Below are positions 1 through 8,395 of a stretch of 33,896 bases of DNA, piece by piece (position 1 is the stretch's first letter; each line of letters begins with the position of its first letter). The stretch lies in IMG/VR virus record IMGVR_UViG_3300030376_003660, positions 1 through 33,896 of that record; one strand, written 5' to 3'. Below the pieces are notes generated by a model. That model was not told where the DNA came from and did no database searches. It saw nothing but the letters and a program-made list of their open reading frames with translations. Source of the DNA: a virus. Lineage: Duplodnaviria; Caudoviricetes. The translations under genes were made by a program, and so were the position numbers.

Positions 1-99
1 ATCCAGAAGCACATCGGCTTGCTTTACCTCACGGTAATGCTTGTCGGTGACTTCGCTGCCGATCACATGCCCAGCCAAGCGCTGCACATGGTCTTTCAT
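1..99. repeat. 99-bp terminal direct repeat (circular assembly overlap), copy 1
   Basis: 1-99 is identical to 33798-33896 and lies inside the integrase ORF, which reads in frame across the junction. Confidence 0.95.
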
Positions 100-1101
100 C
101 ACGTTGCGGTTCAGCAAGTGGTTGATGTAAAACCGCCGCAACCCATGCCAGCCAAAGCTCTGCACGCCAGCCTTTTCTTGCGCCGGGTATAGCACCAGCT
201 TGAGCGCGTCTGCGCTTGTGTAAAGCCGCCCGTTCCCATTGGTGAACAAGAAGTCATCCTCTTGGCAAAACCCGCGCCCCAGCCGTAGCTCAGCCAGATC
301 AGCCTTGAGCCGATCACTGAGCCGCACAGAGCGTGCGCTTTGGTCGGTCTTGGTGGGCAGCACTTCCTTATCCACGGCTGAGCTTTTCACGCTGACCAAC
401 CCACGCTTAACATCGCGCCACGTTAAGGCCAGCACTTCGCCAGCCCGTATGCCGCACTCAGCGGCGAGCCTGATCATCACACGATGCTCAAGATTGTCGC
501 ACGCCAAGATCGTCTTATGCACATCTTCCATGCTGGGCGTGTGCTTGGGTAAACCCTCTTGACGGCTAAGCTTGTCGATGTCCTCACGCTGCGGCGGGGG
601 CGAGTCTATGTGACCCTCAAGGTAAAGCCATTTTAACATGCGAAATATCAATTGAATGACAGGCTTCACCGTTTGGGTGCGCATCCTGCCCTTCAGCTTG
701 TGTTGCAGCCTGTTGATGTCCCTAGCGTTAATCTCGTTAGCATTTAGCTCGCCAATGCGCGGCAAGATGTGCTGCTCTAGCTGGGACTTTAGCTGACTGC
801 ATCGCTTGGGTCTTATTTTGGTTTCGCCGTTGTCCAGCCCCAAGCGGAAGTTTCGCACTTGGCGATCTAGCTCGGCAATGTAAAGCGGTGCTTTGTCGCT
901 TAAGCTCATGCCGCGCTTAGCTGGTGTAGCTTCGCCGCGCTGGATGGCTTTGAGCCTTTCCTTGGCAAAGTCGAGTGGGGCTGCGCCTTTCGGCACAACC
1001 CTCTGCACTTCTTTTTTCGTCACGGGGTCAACGTACCTCACCCGCAGCACTCCCTTGTTTTCCGTCAGGCTCACGCCGCCAGACTTCCAAATCGTTGGCA
1101 T
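1..1101 (-). CDS. int: Tyrosine integrase (374 aa; continues across the circular junction to 33774)
   Basis: Absent from the ORF track because it runs off the end; translated by hand. ATG 1101 with RBS AGAGGAG; MPTIWKSGG...; box I ECGIRAGEVLALTWRDV, box II WHGLRRFY, LAGH, TDKHY give the catalytic R-H-R-H-Y set. Confidence 0.93.
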   Translation of the reverse strand, partial: MPTIWKSGGVSLTENKGVLRVRYVDPVTKKEVQRVVPKGAAPLDFAKERLKAIQRGEATPAKRGMSLSDKAPLYIAELDRQVRNFRLGLDNGETKIRPKRCSQLKSQLEQHILPRIGELNANEINARDINRLQHKLKGRMRTQTVKPVIQLIFRMLKWLYLEGHIDSPPPQREDIDKLSRQEGLPKHTPSMEDVHKTILACDNLEHRVMIRLAAECGIRAGEVLALTWRDVKRGLVSVKSSAVDKEVLPTKTDQSARSVRLSDRLKADLAELRLGRGFCQEDDFLFTNGNGRLYTSADALKLVLYPAQEKAGVQSFGWHGLRRFYINHLLNRNVMKDHVQRLAGHVIGSEVTDKHYREVKQADVLLD

Positions 1102-1282
1102 CGTATATCTCCTCTACTAAGTCATTTTCACATTGGCCCATTATCTCTATGAACGCGGCCTGCACCGCGCTGTAATGCTTTTCACCCATGAGAAATTCGT
1201 AACGGCTAACCTCGTTGAACACGCGGCGAATTTCAGTTAGTTCTTCTAGGCTGCTCTGCCCATTTTCTGTTAATTTTAACAT
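1028..1282 (-). CDS. Hypothetical protein upstream of and overlapping int
   Basis: 84-aa ORF with AAGGGA RBS, just downstream of a sigma70-like promoter; overlaps the int start by 74 nt. Confidence 0.55.
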   Translation of the reverse strand: MLKLTENGQSSLEELTEIRRVFNEVSRYEFLMGEKHYSAVQAAFIEIMGQCENDLVEEIYDANDLEVWRREPDGKQGSAAGEVR

Positions 1283-1307
1283 AGAATTGGTGTTCCCTTG
1301 TTATTCA

Positions 1308-1337
1308 TTTATAGTTGCGAAGGAATGTTTTAGTCAA
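1308..1337 (-). promoter_or_regulatory. Putative sigma70 promoter for the ORF84-int unit
   Basis: TTGACT-N18-TATAAA on the minus strand. Confidence 0.5.
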
Positions 1338-1480
1338 GTTCTTCCGAATTTCTTCCAAAGAAAAGCCCTTCTAAAACACCCAATTTAAGGAAATCCCACA
1401 CCGCTTAGTTTCTCCCAACTCATTGTAATCAAATGTATTTTAAGAGGTTTCCCGTTTATTCAGCCCTAGTAAAATGTTGT

Positions 1481-1525
1481 CTCCTAAGGGGCAGGTTACA
1501 GGTTCGAATCCTGTCGGGATCGCCA
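1481..1525 (+). other. attP: attP core: 3' half of tRNA-Arg(CCT)
   Basis: CTCCTAA anticodon loop, GGGGC, variable loop AGGTT, T-arm ACAGG-TTCGAAT-CCTGT, acceptor strand CGGGATC-G-CCA. No D-arm or 5' acceptor strand upstream; lies in an AT-rich gap next to int. Confidence 0.88.
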
Positions 1526-1609
1526 AAAACACAATGAATACAATGCTTTGTAACATCGGCATTTCGAATATGTCAAGAATATTTTTGGAAGACTTTTGCG
1601 ATCTTCCAT

Positions 1610-1987
1610 TTAGCCCTGCAATTCTGGAAGATTATACTGAGCCAGCACTTCGTTACCTGTCGTAATCATATTGTGCAGCGTAAATTGCTTTGTGTTTATG
1701 TTGACCCGGCTTTTCCCGCCAACCCACTCGCATGACTTCAGCAGCATCAGGTCTTTGCCAATCGCCACAAAGGCATACACATCTGCGCCGCGCCGTGTGC
1801 CTGTGAAATACTCAAAGCGGTTTCTCTCGCGTAGGTTGGCCGACTTGACCTGCATCCTGATGACCGCACCGCTGTCGTTTCGACACCAAAGGTCATCTTC
1901 CGTGGTTCTAACGTGGTGAACCTCTAGCCCAAAATGTCTTTCCAGAAGGTACGCACAAAGAAACTCCCCTGCGCGTCCTGTGTCCAT
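1610..1987 (-). CDS. PD-(D/E)XK-family endonuclease
   Basis: GRAGE...DDLW...MQVKS motif pattern. Confidence 0.7.
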   Translation of the reverse strand: MDTGRAGEFLCAYLLERHFGLEVHHVRTTEDDLWCRNDSGAVIRMQVKSANLRERNRFEYFTGTRRGADVYAFVAIGKDLMLLKSCEWVGGKSRVNINTKQFTLHNMITTGNEVLAQYNLPELQG

Positions 1988-2187
1988 CAGTTTATCTCGT
2001 ACAGCCTAACCTCGCCAATTAATGCCTGAGTACACTCGACACACCACTCGTAAGCCATCACAAAGTCTCGCATTTCTTCTTGGGTTGCCCAGCGGTCAAC
2101 AGGAATACCGCGATGCGCTCTGCTCACAATCTTATCGGCGATTGTCAGGACATCGGCTAGCTGTTCTTCTGTGTAAATCTTGCGCAT
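1987..2187 (-). CDS. Hypothetical protein
   Basis: 66-aa ORF tightly packed in the operon; stop overlaps the next start. Confidence 0.6.
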   Translation of the reverse strand: MRKIYTEEQLADVLTIADKIVSRAHRGIPVDRWATQEEMRDFVMAYEWCVECTQALIGEVRLYEIN

Positions 2188-2191
2188 AGGA

Positions 2192-2689
2192 TTACTTCAG
2201 CAATTCAAAATGTGGCGCGTCTATGAAGGGGCGGCGCTTCTGCGATCTGCGCAAATCAATGTAGTTGTTCATCGCTTCCTCGGCAGAGCTATCCCAATCG
2301 GTAAGCGTCACGTTCCAAGCTGCGCCCCAGCGTATCGGGTGGCCTGTCGTTTTGCTGGCTTCCTTCATGGCGTCTGCAATGGCGAAGTAAAGCTGAAGCT
2401 CCCACCTATCACCGTTGCCGGGCAGGTACGCCATCAGGTCAACCGCTAAGCCGTCCAGGTGCTTGGACTTCATTATTTGGCTTGCGGCGCGAGCGACAAG
2501 TTCTTCTTGCTCTTTCTTGGTGCGCAGACCACAGATCACGCTGAAGTCCTGCTTGCTAATCTTGATAGCTTCTTTCACGATTTCGACCATGCGCTTGTCA
2601 ACGCCTTTCAGCTTGGCATTGCTGCCTTTGCCTAATTTATACACTTTCTTTTCCTTCTTAAACGATACTTTATTAACTGCGAACGCCAT
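2192..2689 (-). CDS. Endolysin, peptidase M15 (L-Ala-D-Glu peptidase-like)
   Basis: GLRTKKEQ, SKHLDGLAVD, IRWG and DAPHFEL zinc-peptidase motifs. Confidence 0.9.
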   Translation of the reverse strand: MAFAVNKVSFKKEKKVYKLGKGSNAKLKGVDKRMVEIVKEAIKISKQDFSVICGLRTKKEQEELVARAASQIMKSKHLDGLAVDLMAYLPGNGDRWELQLYFAIADAMKEASKTTGHPIRWGAAWNVTLTDWDSSAEEAMNNYIDLRRSQKRRPFIDAPHFELLK

Positions 2690-3044
2690 TTTTCTTTCCT
2701 TTGCCGATCAGCGTCATAAACATTTCACCGCACCAAATTCCGATGGCCGTAGGGGTCGGCAGAAGCCAGCCAAGGATCAGCAGAAGCAATACCCACGGCG
2801 GGATGTTCTGATTGCTGATGTTGACCTTCTCGACCGACTCAGCCTCGACCTCTTTGATGATTTCTGTTTGGATAATGTCTCGCCCAGCGCTGGTTTCGTT
2901 TTGCTGCCCAACGGCTTGCTGCGTAGCTTCTTGGGCGACCTGCGTGCCAATAGGCGTGACGCTCACGCCAGAGCCGCCGCCAGAAAGTAGATTGAGGGGT
3001 GTGCAGCCAGCAAGAACCAAGCACAACAGCGCTATGCGTATCAC
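2673..3044 (-). CDS. Lipoprotein with C-terminal transmembrane helix; candidate unimolecular spanin
   Basis: Lipobox LAGC after a hydrophobic signal; C-terminal WVLLLLILGWLL followed by a basic tail; lies between holin candidate and endolysin. Confidence 0.6.
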   Translation of the reverse strand: MIRIALLCLVLAGCTPLNLLSGGGSGVSVTPIGTQVAQEATQQAVGQQNETSAGRDIIQTEIIKEVEAESVEKVNISNQNIPPWVLLLLILGWLLPTPTAIGIWCGEMFMTLIGKGKKNGVRS

Positions 3045-3235
3045 TTGGCCTCTTTGTTCATCCAGATCGCAAACGATGCGCTAAGCATCGCGGTGACGAT
3101 ACTGACAAAACCAGATTGCTGAATACTTGGGTCGGGCAGGGTCATAAACCACAGGCAAACCTTCCAAGTGAGAAAAATTTGACATAAGAAAGCTAAGCGC
3201 GGAAGTACGCGCCATTCGTCAAGAACAGTTGCCAT
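3041..3235 (-). CDS. Putative holin (two transmembrane segments)
   Basis: 64 aa, two hydrophobic segments, charged C-terminus, in the lysis cluster. Confidence 0.6.
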   Translation of the reverse strand: MATVLDEWRVLPRLAFLCQIFLTWKVCLWFMTLPDPSIQQSGFVSIVTAMLSASFAIWMNKEAK

Positions 3236-3244
3236 TAGATTTCC

Positions 3245-3712
3245 TTATCCGTTGACGGCTTTATCCAAGCCCCAAAACATCGCCGCTAAGCCGCCGATAA
3301 ACACCACTGTTCCCAAGGTGAGGGACAGACCCCAAAACAGCTTATCTCGCGCCAAAGCTTGCGCCTCTAGCGCTTCCTTCTGGCGTACCCTTGCAGCGGC
3401 TTGCTCTTTAACGACCATCGCCCACATGCCGGGTGGCCCGTATAGCTGGCAGATGCTTTTCAATTCTTTCTGAGCTTCGCGGTGAGCCATCTTGGCTTGG
3501 GCGATTGCAAAGCCTTCTTCCTCACTGGATGTAAGCCGCCCTAATGGCCCTTTGTGCTTGCCAGCTTCGGCAAGGTTAATGTCGGCCTCAAGTTTTGCTA
3601 GTTTGCCAAAATGCGGAAGCAGATCGTGAATGTCACGCCCGGCCTTGACAGCACTAGAGATGCCGCCAGCGATCTTTGTGACCGCGCCAGCAAGGGCTAA
3701 TACCTCAATCAT
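3245..3712 (-). CDS. Hypothetical membrane-anchored protein
   Basis: 155 aa, helical, with a C-terminal hydrophobic helix. Confidence 0.7.
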   Translation of the reverse strand: MIEVLALAGAVTKIAGGISSAVKAGRDIHDLLPHFGKLAKLEADINLAEAGKHKGPLGRLTSSEEEGFAIAQAKMAHREAQKELKSICQLYGPPGMWAMVVKEQAAARVRQKEALEAQALARDKLFWGLSLTLGTVVFIGGLAAMFWGLDKAVNG

Positions 3713-3721
3713 GTTGTAAAC

Positions 3722-3955
3722 TTACCTTTCAAGCATCCTGTCGAGCTTGGCGTCAAGCGCGTCGAGCCTAACGATTAGGCGGTCTGTGTCAGTGTTGGCC
3801 TCGGTTTTGGTGAGGTATTCCTTGGCCATTTCCTCGCGTGTCTTGTTAAGCAAAATGTTAATGCGGTGAACTTCTGCGTGCGCGTTTCGCAACACATAGC
3901 CGATCATGGCAACGCCAGCCGTTAGGCCAGCGCTCCAAAGCACATCAGGGGTCAT
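3722..3955 (-). CDS. Small membrane-anchored coiled-coil protein
   Basis: N-terminal hydrophobic helix then heptad-like RLDALDAKLDRM. Confidence 0.7.
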   Translation of the reverse strand: MTPDVLWSAGLTAGVAMIGYVLRNAHAEVHRINILLNKTREEMAKEYLTKTEANTDTDRLIVRLDALDAKLDRMLER

Positions 3956-3971
3956 GCGCGTAATTCCATAT

Positions 3972-4199
3972 TTAGCTTACCACTTCTGCATCCTGAGGCT
4001 CAGCTTCTAGTGAACCTGTTAGCATATTTACAAAAGCCTCGCGCCCGACTGTCATCTGATCCAAGCTAAACTGCGCTGAGCGAATTTTGCGCTCCAAGTC
4101 TTGCACATGGTTGATGATGACCTTCTGCTGGTCGGTAAGCTGATCTTCTGTGTATTCCTGATCGTTGATCGTGATGACGTTTGTTTTTTTCTCGGTCAC
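3972..4199 (-). CDS. Small coiled-coil protein, possibly tail-fibre associated
   Basis: GTG start with AAGG RBS; position downstream of the fibre genes. Confidence 0.7.
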   Translation of the reverse strand: MTEKKTNVITINDQEYTEDQLTDQQKVIINHVQDLERKIRSAQFSLDQMTVGREAFVNMLTGSLEAEPQDAEVVS

Positions 4200-4216
4200 G
4201 TTGATCGCCTTTCTGT

Positions 4217-4462
4217 TTAAGAGTTAGCTGCGGTGTAAGCTGTTCGCATTGTGTCACTAAACGTGGCATTGCAAATGGCTTGAACATCAGCATCTTCACC
4301 TGAGATACTTTGGATTGGCGTGATGATATGGCGATGGAATGTTCTGGATATTTCAACACCATCTTTTTTAATGATTGTTGCCTTCCGAACTTGAACGACC
4401 GTCCAATCACCCTTATCAATAATCTCAATCTTGTCGTTTTTTGTTTCTTCTGTCAGTGCCAT
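4217..4462 (-). CDS. Tail-fibre accessory/assembly protein
   Basis: Strong RBS AAGGAG; MALTEET...EISRTFHRH pattern commonly seen directly after marine phage fibre genes (recalled, not searched). Confidence 0.7.
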   Translation of the reverse strand: MALTEETKNDKIEIIDKGDWTVVQVRKATIIKKDGVEISRTFHRHIITPIQSISGEDADVQAICNATFSDTMRTAYTAANS

Positions 4463-4508
4463 GTTTTATCTCCTTTTCTGGACTGTCCGACCTGCTGTTC
4501 CAAACAAG

Positions 4509-6533
4509 TTATGATGTGGTGCGATATTGCATGGTAATAATAAAGTCAGCCGCACCATCGTCGATATTATCGTTGTCAATAGCTGCATCGGTTGTAGTGT
4601 CTCTAATTTGCATAATTTTAATTAAATCGTCAGATACGTCACAATATGAAACACAATAAGTTGTTCCTGATACAAAGGTAAAGTTATCAAGCAAAACTGT
4701 GCCTACAGAATCTTTTGTCGTTGGGGCAAAAGGCAAGCTGTGAATCTCAAGATTTCCACTTGCACTATCACCGCCTGTTATATTTGTGACACTCATATAA
4801 ACAGTAACCATGTCACCAATTTTAGTGTAACGTCCACTGGCAGAGCCGCCAACGGTTGGGTTTGAGCCTGATGAGGCTTCCAGTGTCGGGGTGAAAGTGC
4901 CTTCTTCATAGTCGTCTAAAATTTCACTTTCGCCAGTACCAGAAGTTGCAGAGAAATCAATGCCGTGACCATTTGCGACTACAAGATTTCCATCCTCAAT
5001 CGTGACATCACCATCAAGTTCAAGGCTCATTACAATTGCGTCAACTGCTTCTGTAGTTTTGTTAAACCTTCCAAGCTGCATGACCTCATCGGAATCTACG
5101 GCAAAATCAAGGTCTGCATCTCCTGCACCACTTGATAAGAAGTTAGGTCTAGTTCCAGTGTTAGTAACGTGAACCATGCCTTTCGGGGAGGTAGTGTTTA
5201 CTCCAAGCAGCCCCGATGATGTTAGGCGCATGGCTTCTGAGCCATCAACACTAAACGACATAGAAGAAGATTCTTGAACATCTCCGTGGTCGGCTCTGAA
5301 ACTTAAATCCCCAGCAGAAAGTTGTACTATCTCACCATACAGACCGGAGACATCTGTATCTTCCAGACGCAGCGCGGGTACAGATGATGCTAGATGAATT
5401 TGTCTACTAGGCGAACTCGTCCCAAGCCCGACAGAACCGTCTGAACCCTGAACAAACAGAGCATGAGTGACAGTATCACTCTCAACCCTAAAATTTACAT
5501 CATCAGAATTTTCATTAAACACTACCTCAGTAGCACCAATCTCAACTGCGTTTCTTAGATTTCCGTTGTTACGAATCATTAGGCGCATTTCAGCATCTTC
5601 TGTGCCGTCAGTTACGTCATCTGCTTCTACTTGGATTTCACCAAAAACCGTTGCAGTGCCTCCGTCATCGTCACTAAGATAACGTATTGTTCCGATTAGG
5701 TCGCCATCAGCAGGAGATGCACTGGCACGTGTCAAATCTAGCCGTGGACCTTCACTCGCATCAGCATCTGTTGATATCAAGGTTAGCTGCGTGGAGTTAT
5801 CGGCAGTGGTAATTGTACACCCATCTGTTGCGGTGAAGTGGCCCTCAATGTCAGCATGACCTATGATGTCGATGCCGTCTGAGCTTGTATTTAACCGCAG
5901 TGTGCCTGTGCCAGCATTATTATGATACAGTTTGGTTTGACCACTTGATCCATCTGCTCTGAAATATACAGCAGTACCTCCAGAACCATCGTCACTCACA
6001 ATATCAACGTCTTCATCGTCAGCAGTGTTTTGGATAGTCAAAGTGCCTGTGGTGCTGGTAATTGTGCTATTTGTACCATTATGTTCGATAGTTAAATCTG
6101 AGCCAGCACCAAAGATAGCCTTGTCGTTATCGCCAAACGTAATATCCGCTGATGTGCTTGCGCCAGCTAAGGATGTAGTTCCACTCACAGTCAAACCAGT
6201 CAGCGTTCCAAGGCTGGTGACGTTGGCTTGCGCCGCCGTCCCAAGCGTGCCGACCAAACTTGTGCTGGCCGTGATGGTCGTACCCGTGATCGCCCCGGCA
6301 GAAGCGCCGCCGATTGTAACGCCGTCTACCGTGCCGCCGTTTATATCAGCAGAGGTAAGCTGTGGGCTTGTCAAAGCCTGTGTGCCAGCGTCCATATCTT
6401 TGAGGTGCGCCATCATCTCACGAATAGCATTGTTTACGTTTGAAGGGGCCATGCCTTCAGCGATGTTAATGCTGTCAATGTCAGTGTTGTTAGCGGCAGT
6501 GGCGTCATATTCGCTTATCTTTGTCTTAGCCAT
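4509..6533 (-). CDS. Tail fibre / receptor-binding protein
   Basis: 674 aa, G/S/T/D-rich; PSNVNNAIREMMA anchor region, VGLGTSSP-type fibre motifs, C-terminal LDDYEEGTFTP...YTKIGDMV. Confidence 0.88.
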   Translation of the reverse strand: MAKTKISEYDATAANNTDIDSINIAEGMAPSNVNNAIREMMAHLKDMDAGTQALTSPQLTSADINGGTVDGVTIGGASAGAITGTTITASTSLVGTLGTAAQANVTSLGTLTGLTVSGTTSLAGASTSADITFGDNDKAIFGAGSDLTIEHNGTNSTITSTTGTLTIQNTADDEDVDIVSDDGSGGTAVYFRADGSSGQTKLYHNNAGTGTLRLNTSSDGIDIIGHADIEGHFTATDGCTITTADNSTQLTLISTDADASEGPRLDLTRASASPADGDLIGTIRYLSDDDGGTATVFGEIQVEADDVTDGTEDAEMRLMIRNNGNLRNAVEIGATEVVFNENSDDVNFRVESDTVTHALFVQGSDGSVGLGTSSPSRQIHLASSVPALRLEDTDVSGLYGEIVQLSAGDLSFRADHGDVQESSSMSFSVDGSEAMRLTSSGLLGVNTTSPKGMVHVTNTGTRPNFLSSGAGDADLDFAVDSDEVMQLGRFNKTTEAVDAIVMSLELDGDVTIEDGNLVVANGHGIDFSATSGTGESEILDDYEEGTFTPTLEASSGSNPTVGGSASGRYTKIGDMVTVYMSVTNITGGDSASGNLEIHSLPFAPTTKDSVGTVLLDNFTFVSGTTYCVSYCDVSDDLIKIMQIRDTTTDAAIDNDNIDDGAADFIITMQYRTTS

Positions 6534-8395
6534 TAGTCTAGTTCCTCTTTTCTAGCTTGATCTGCGCCAACCAAGCGCAACAGGGTTGCGGCCTCTGAGC
6601 CTATCGCACTGCCATCTTGGGCAAGGCGTCTAAGTTTCGTGAAATTTCCAGCAGCGGCAGAGTTTACTGCTTTTAGGAATGGCGTGCTTGTCATCGCCGC
6701 TGCTGAAATATATGTGCCGCCAGCTATACCCGCTGTTTGTGCTAAGCCTAGTGTCGGTGCGCCGACTATAAACGCCAGCAATGAGTTTGTTGCCGCACTG
6801 CCCGTCGATATTGGCTTTTCCTTGTAGCGCTGGGCGACAAGCGCAAGATTGTCTAACTCTCGCCGGGTTGATTGCGGGATGTTGCCGCTGGTCAGCACTG
6901 TCCTTGCGCTTTTGCTCATCTTATTCCAGTTGGTCAAAAATGTGGCTGGTGAAAACTCGGCGAAGTCAGAAGCGTCAGGCGCACCTCTTTGTCCAACTCT
7001 AGCTTCACCAAGTTTGCGCAAAATAGTAGATGATACGGTTGACCATTCTTCCTTTGGCAAACTTTTCTTGATCTGATTTAACCGCATCGTACTGCCTCTT
7101 GGGCTGTCAGCGGTCGTAAGCGCAACTATGTTTTGGTAAGCTTTTTCTGGTGTATCGGCATTAGTGATTTTCTTTAAAGACCCGTCAATGCGCTTCATGC
7201 CAGCCGCGTAAAACTTGTTAGCCCTTTCAAACGAACGCAAAGCGTCTTCACCTGTTGCCTTGGCAACTGCCCTCATGTCTTCACTTAGTGACCCGTAAAG
7301 GCGTTTTAGCTCAGCTTGAGGAAGACTTGACATAGGCCCGTTTATTTTACCCATGCTCGCGCCAATACTTGAGCGCAAATCCTTCAGAACGTCATAAGGC
7401 AAGGCGTTCAGCGCACCGTTTACCTCAAGGTCTTCTAGTAATCTGGTAAACTTTGGCCTATTTAGAAACTTGCCGATATTCGGGTATTTTCTGGAATATG
7501 CCGTAAGGTCTTCCAAAACGCCGATTGTCTTCGGGGCAGTCACGAACGTGTTAGGCCCAATCTTGCGATCAACAGCGCCATAAAGTTCATCCGCCTTGTC
7601 TTCGAAAGTTCTAACAAACGCCTTAGAGCCAGACTGCGCAGCCTCACCCGCGCCTGTGTTTGTGGTGGGTACGCCAACCCTATCAACAGCACGATCAAGC
7701 GCAGCTTCCATTTGGCCCTCTGCTCTTTGTGCAGCATTTCTTATAGAGCCAGTGGAAAACGGAACTTTATCAAGCCCCGCCTCAACCATGCCTAAAGCTG
7801 GCCCTTGCATCCCAAGTGTGGGGGTGACGCCGATGTTTTGTGCAGCTTGCGCAGCCGCTTGTCTTTTGCTAATGGGAATAGCCCCACCGCGAAGATTTGT
7901 GAAAGCCCCGACCTTTGTATTAAGAACCCCCGGTTGCCTAACAGCCCTACTTAAAGCAGAGGGTACACCAGTAAGCTCTGGTACAGCGACCTCGCCAAGC
8001 ATCATAAAGTCACGTGCAGCTTTGCGCTCTTGCGTTCTATCGCCGCCAACTATGTCGCCAAGCAAACCAGCCGTGCCAGCATAACCTGCACCTAACGCAG
8101 CTAAGCCTGTCATTCCAGCATCGCCAGCCCTTTGCAGGGGTGTACGATCTGCCGCCATCATACGACCAGCATAAGCACGCATAGCCTCTCTTGCGGGGGC
8201 TGAAAACTCAGCAGCAGTGTCGCCAAATAGATTAGGCTTTTTTAGGCTAGGCGTTTTGTCGTCGTCAGGGCTGGGAAGCATGTTTTGCTGGGCAAAAGCT
8301 GAGCGCTGTGCCGCATCTGCTTGTGATAGCTTTTTTGCTCTCTGCTGCGCTTGGAGCGCTTGCGCACGCTTAAGTTTTTCTTCGCGGGTCATCAT
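6533..8395 (-). CDS. Putative internal virion (DNA ejection) protein
   Basis: 620 aa, Ala-rich and helical; third of three large genes between tail and fibre, as in P22-like podoviruses. Confidence 0.7.
   Translation of the reverse strand: MMTREEKLKRAQALQAQQRAKKLSQADAAQRSAFAQQNMLPSPDDDKTPSLKKPNLFGDTAAEFSAPAREAMRAYAGRMMAADRTPLQRAGDAGMTGLAALGAGYAGTAGLLGDIVGGDRTQERKAARDFMMLGEVAVPELTGVPSALSRAVRQPGVLNTKVGAFTNLRGGAIPISKRQAAAQAAQNIGVTPTLGMQGPALGMVEAGLDKVPFSTGSIRNAAQRAEGQMEAALDRAVDRVGVPTTNTGAGEAAQSGSKAFVRTFEDKADELYGAVDRKIGPNTFVTAPKTIGVLEDLTAYSRKYPNIGKFLNRPKFTRLLEDLEVNGALNALPYDVLKDLRSSIGASMGKINGPMSSLPQAELKRLYGSLSEDMRAVAKATGEDALRSFERANKFYAAGMKRIDGSLKKITNADTPEKAYQNIVALTTADSPRGSTMRLNQIKKSLPKEEWSTVSSTILRKLGEARVGQRGAPDASDFAEFSPATFLTNWNKMSKSARTVLTSGNIPQSTRRELDNLALVAQRYKEKPISTGSAATNSLLAFIVGAPTLGLAQTAGIAGGTYISAAAMTSTPFLKAVNSAAAGNFTKLRRLAQDGSAIGSEAATLLRLVGADQARKEELD

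Noticed and set aside
1440-1525. Complete phage-encoded tRNA gene
   Set aside because: The 5' acceptor strand, D-arm and most of the 5' anticodon stem are missing; only the 3' half is present, as expected for attP.
1474-1665. 63-aa plus-strand ORF over attP
   Set aside because: It overlaps the tRNA fragment and arm sites and has no RBS; likely spurious.
4463-4508. Small palindrome GGACAGTCC between fibre and accessory gene as a readthrough or frameshift signal
   Set aside because: The stem is very short, the genes are not in frame, and the downstream gene has its own strong RBS.
4509-6533. Diversity-generating retroelement or invertible segment acting on the tail fibre
   Set aside because: No reverse transcriptase, invertase or duplicated template region was seen.
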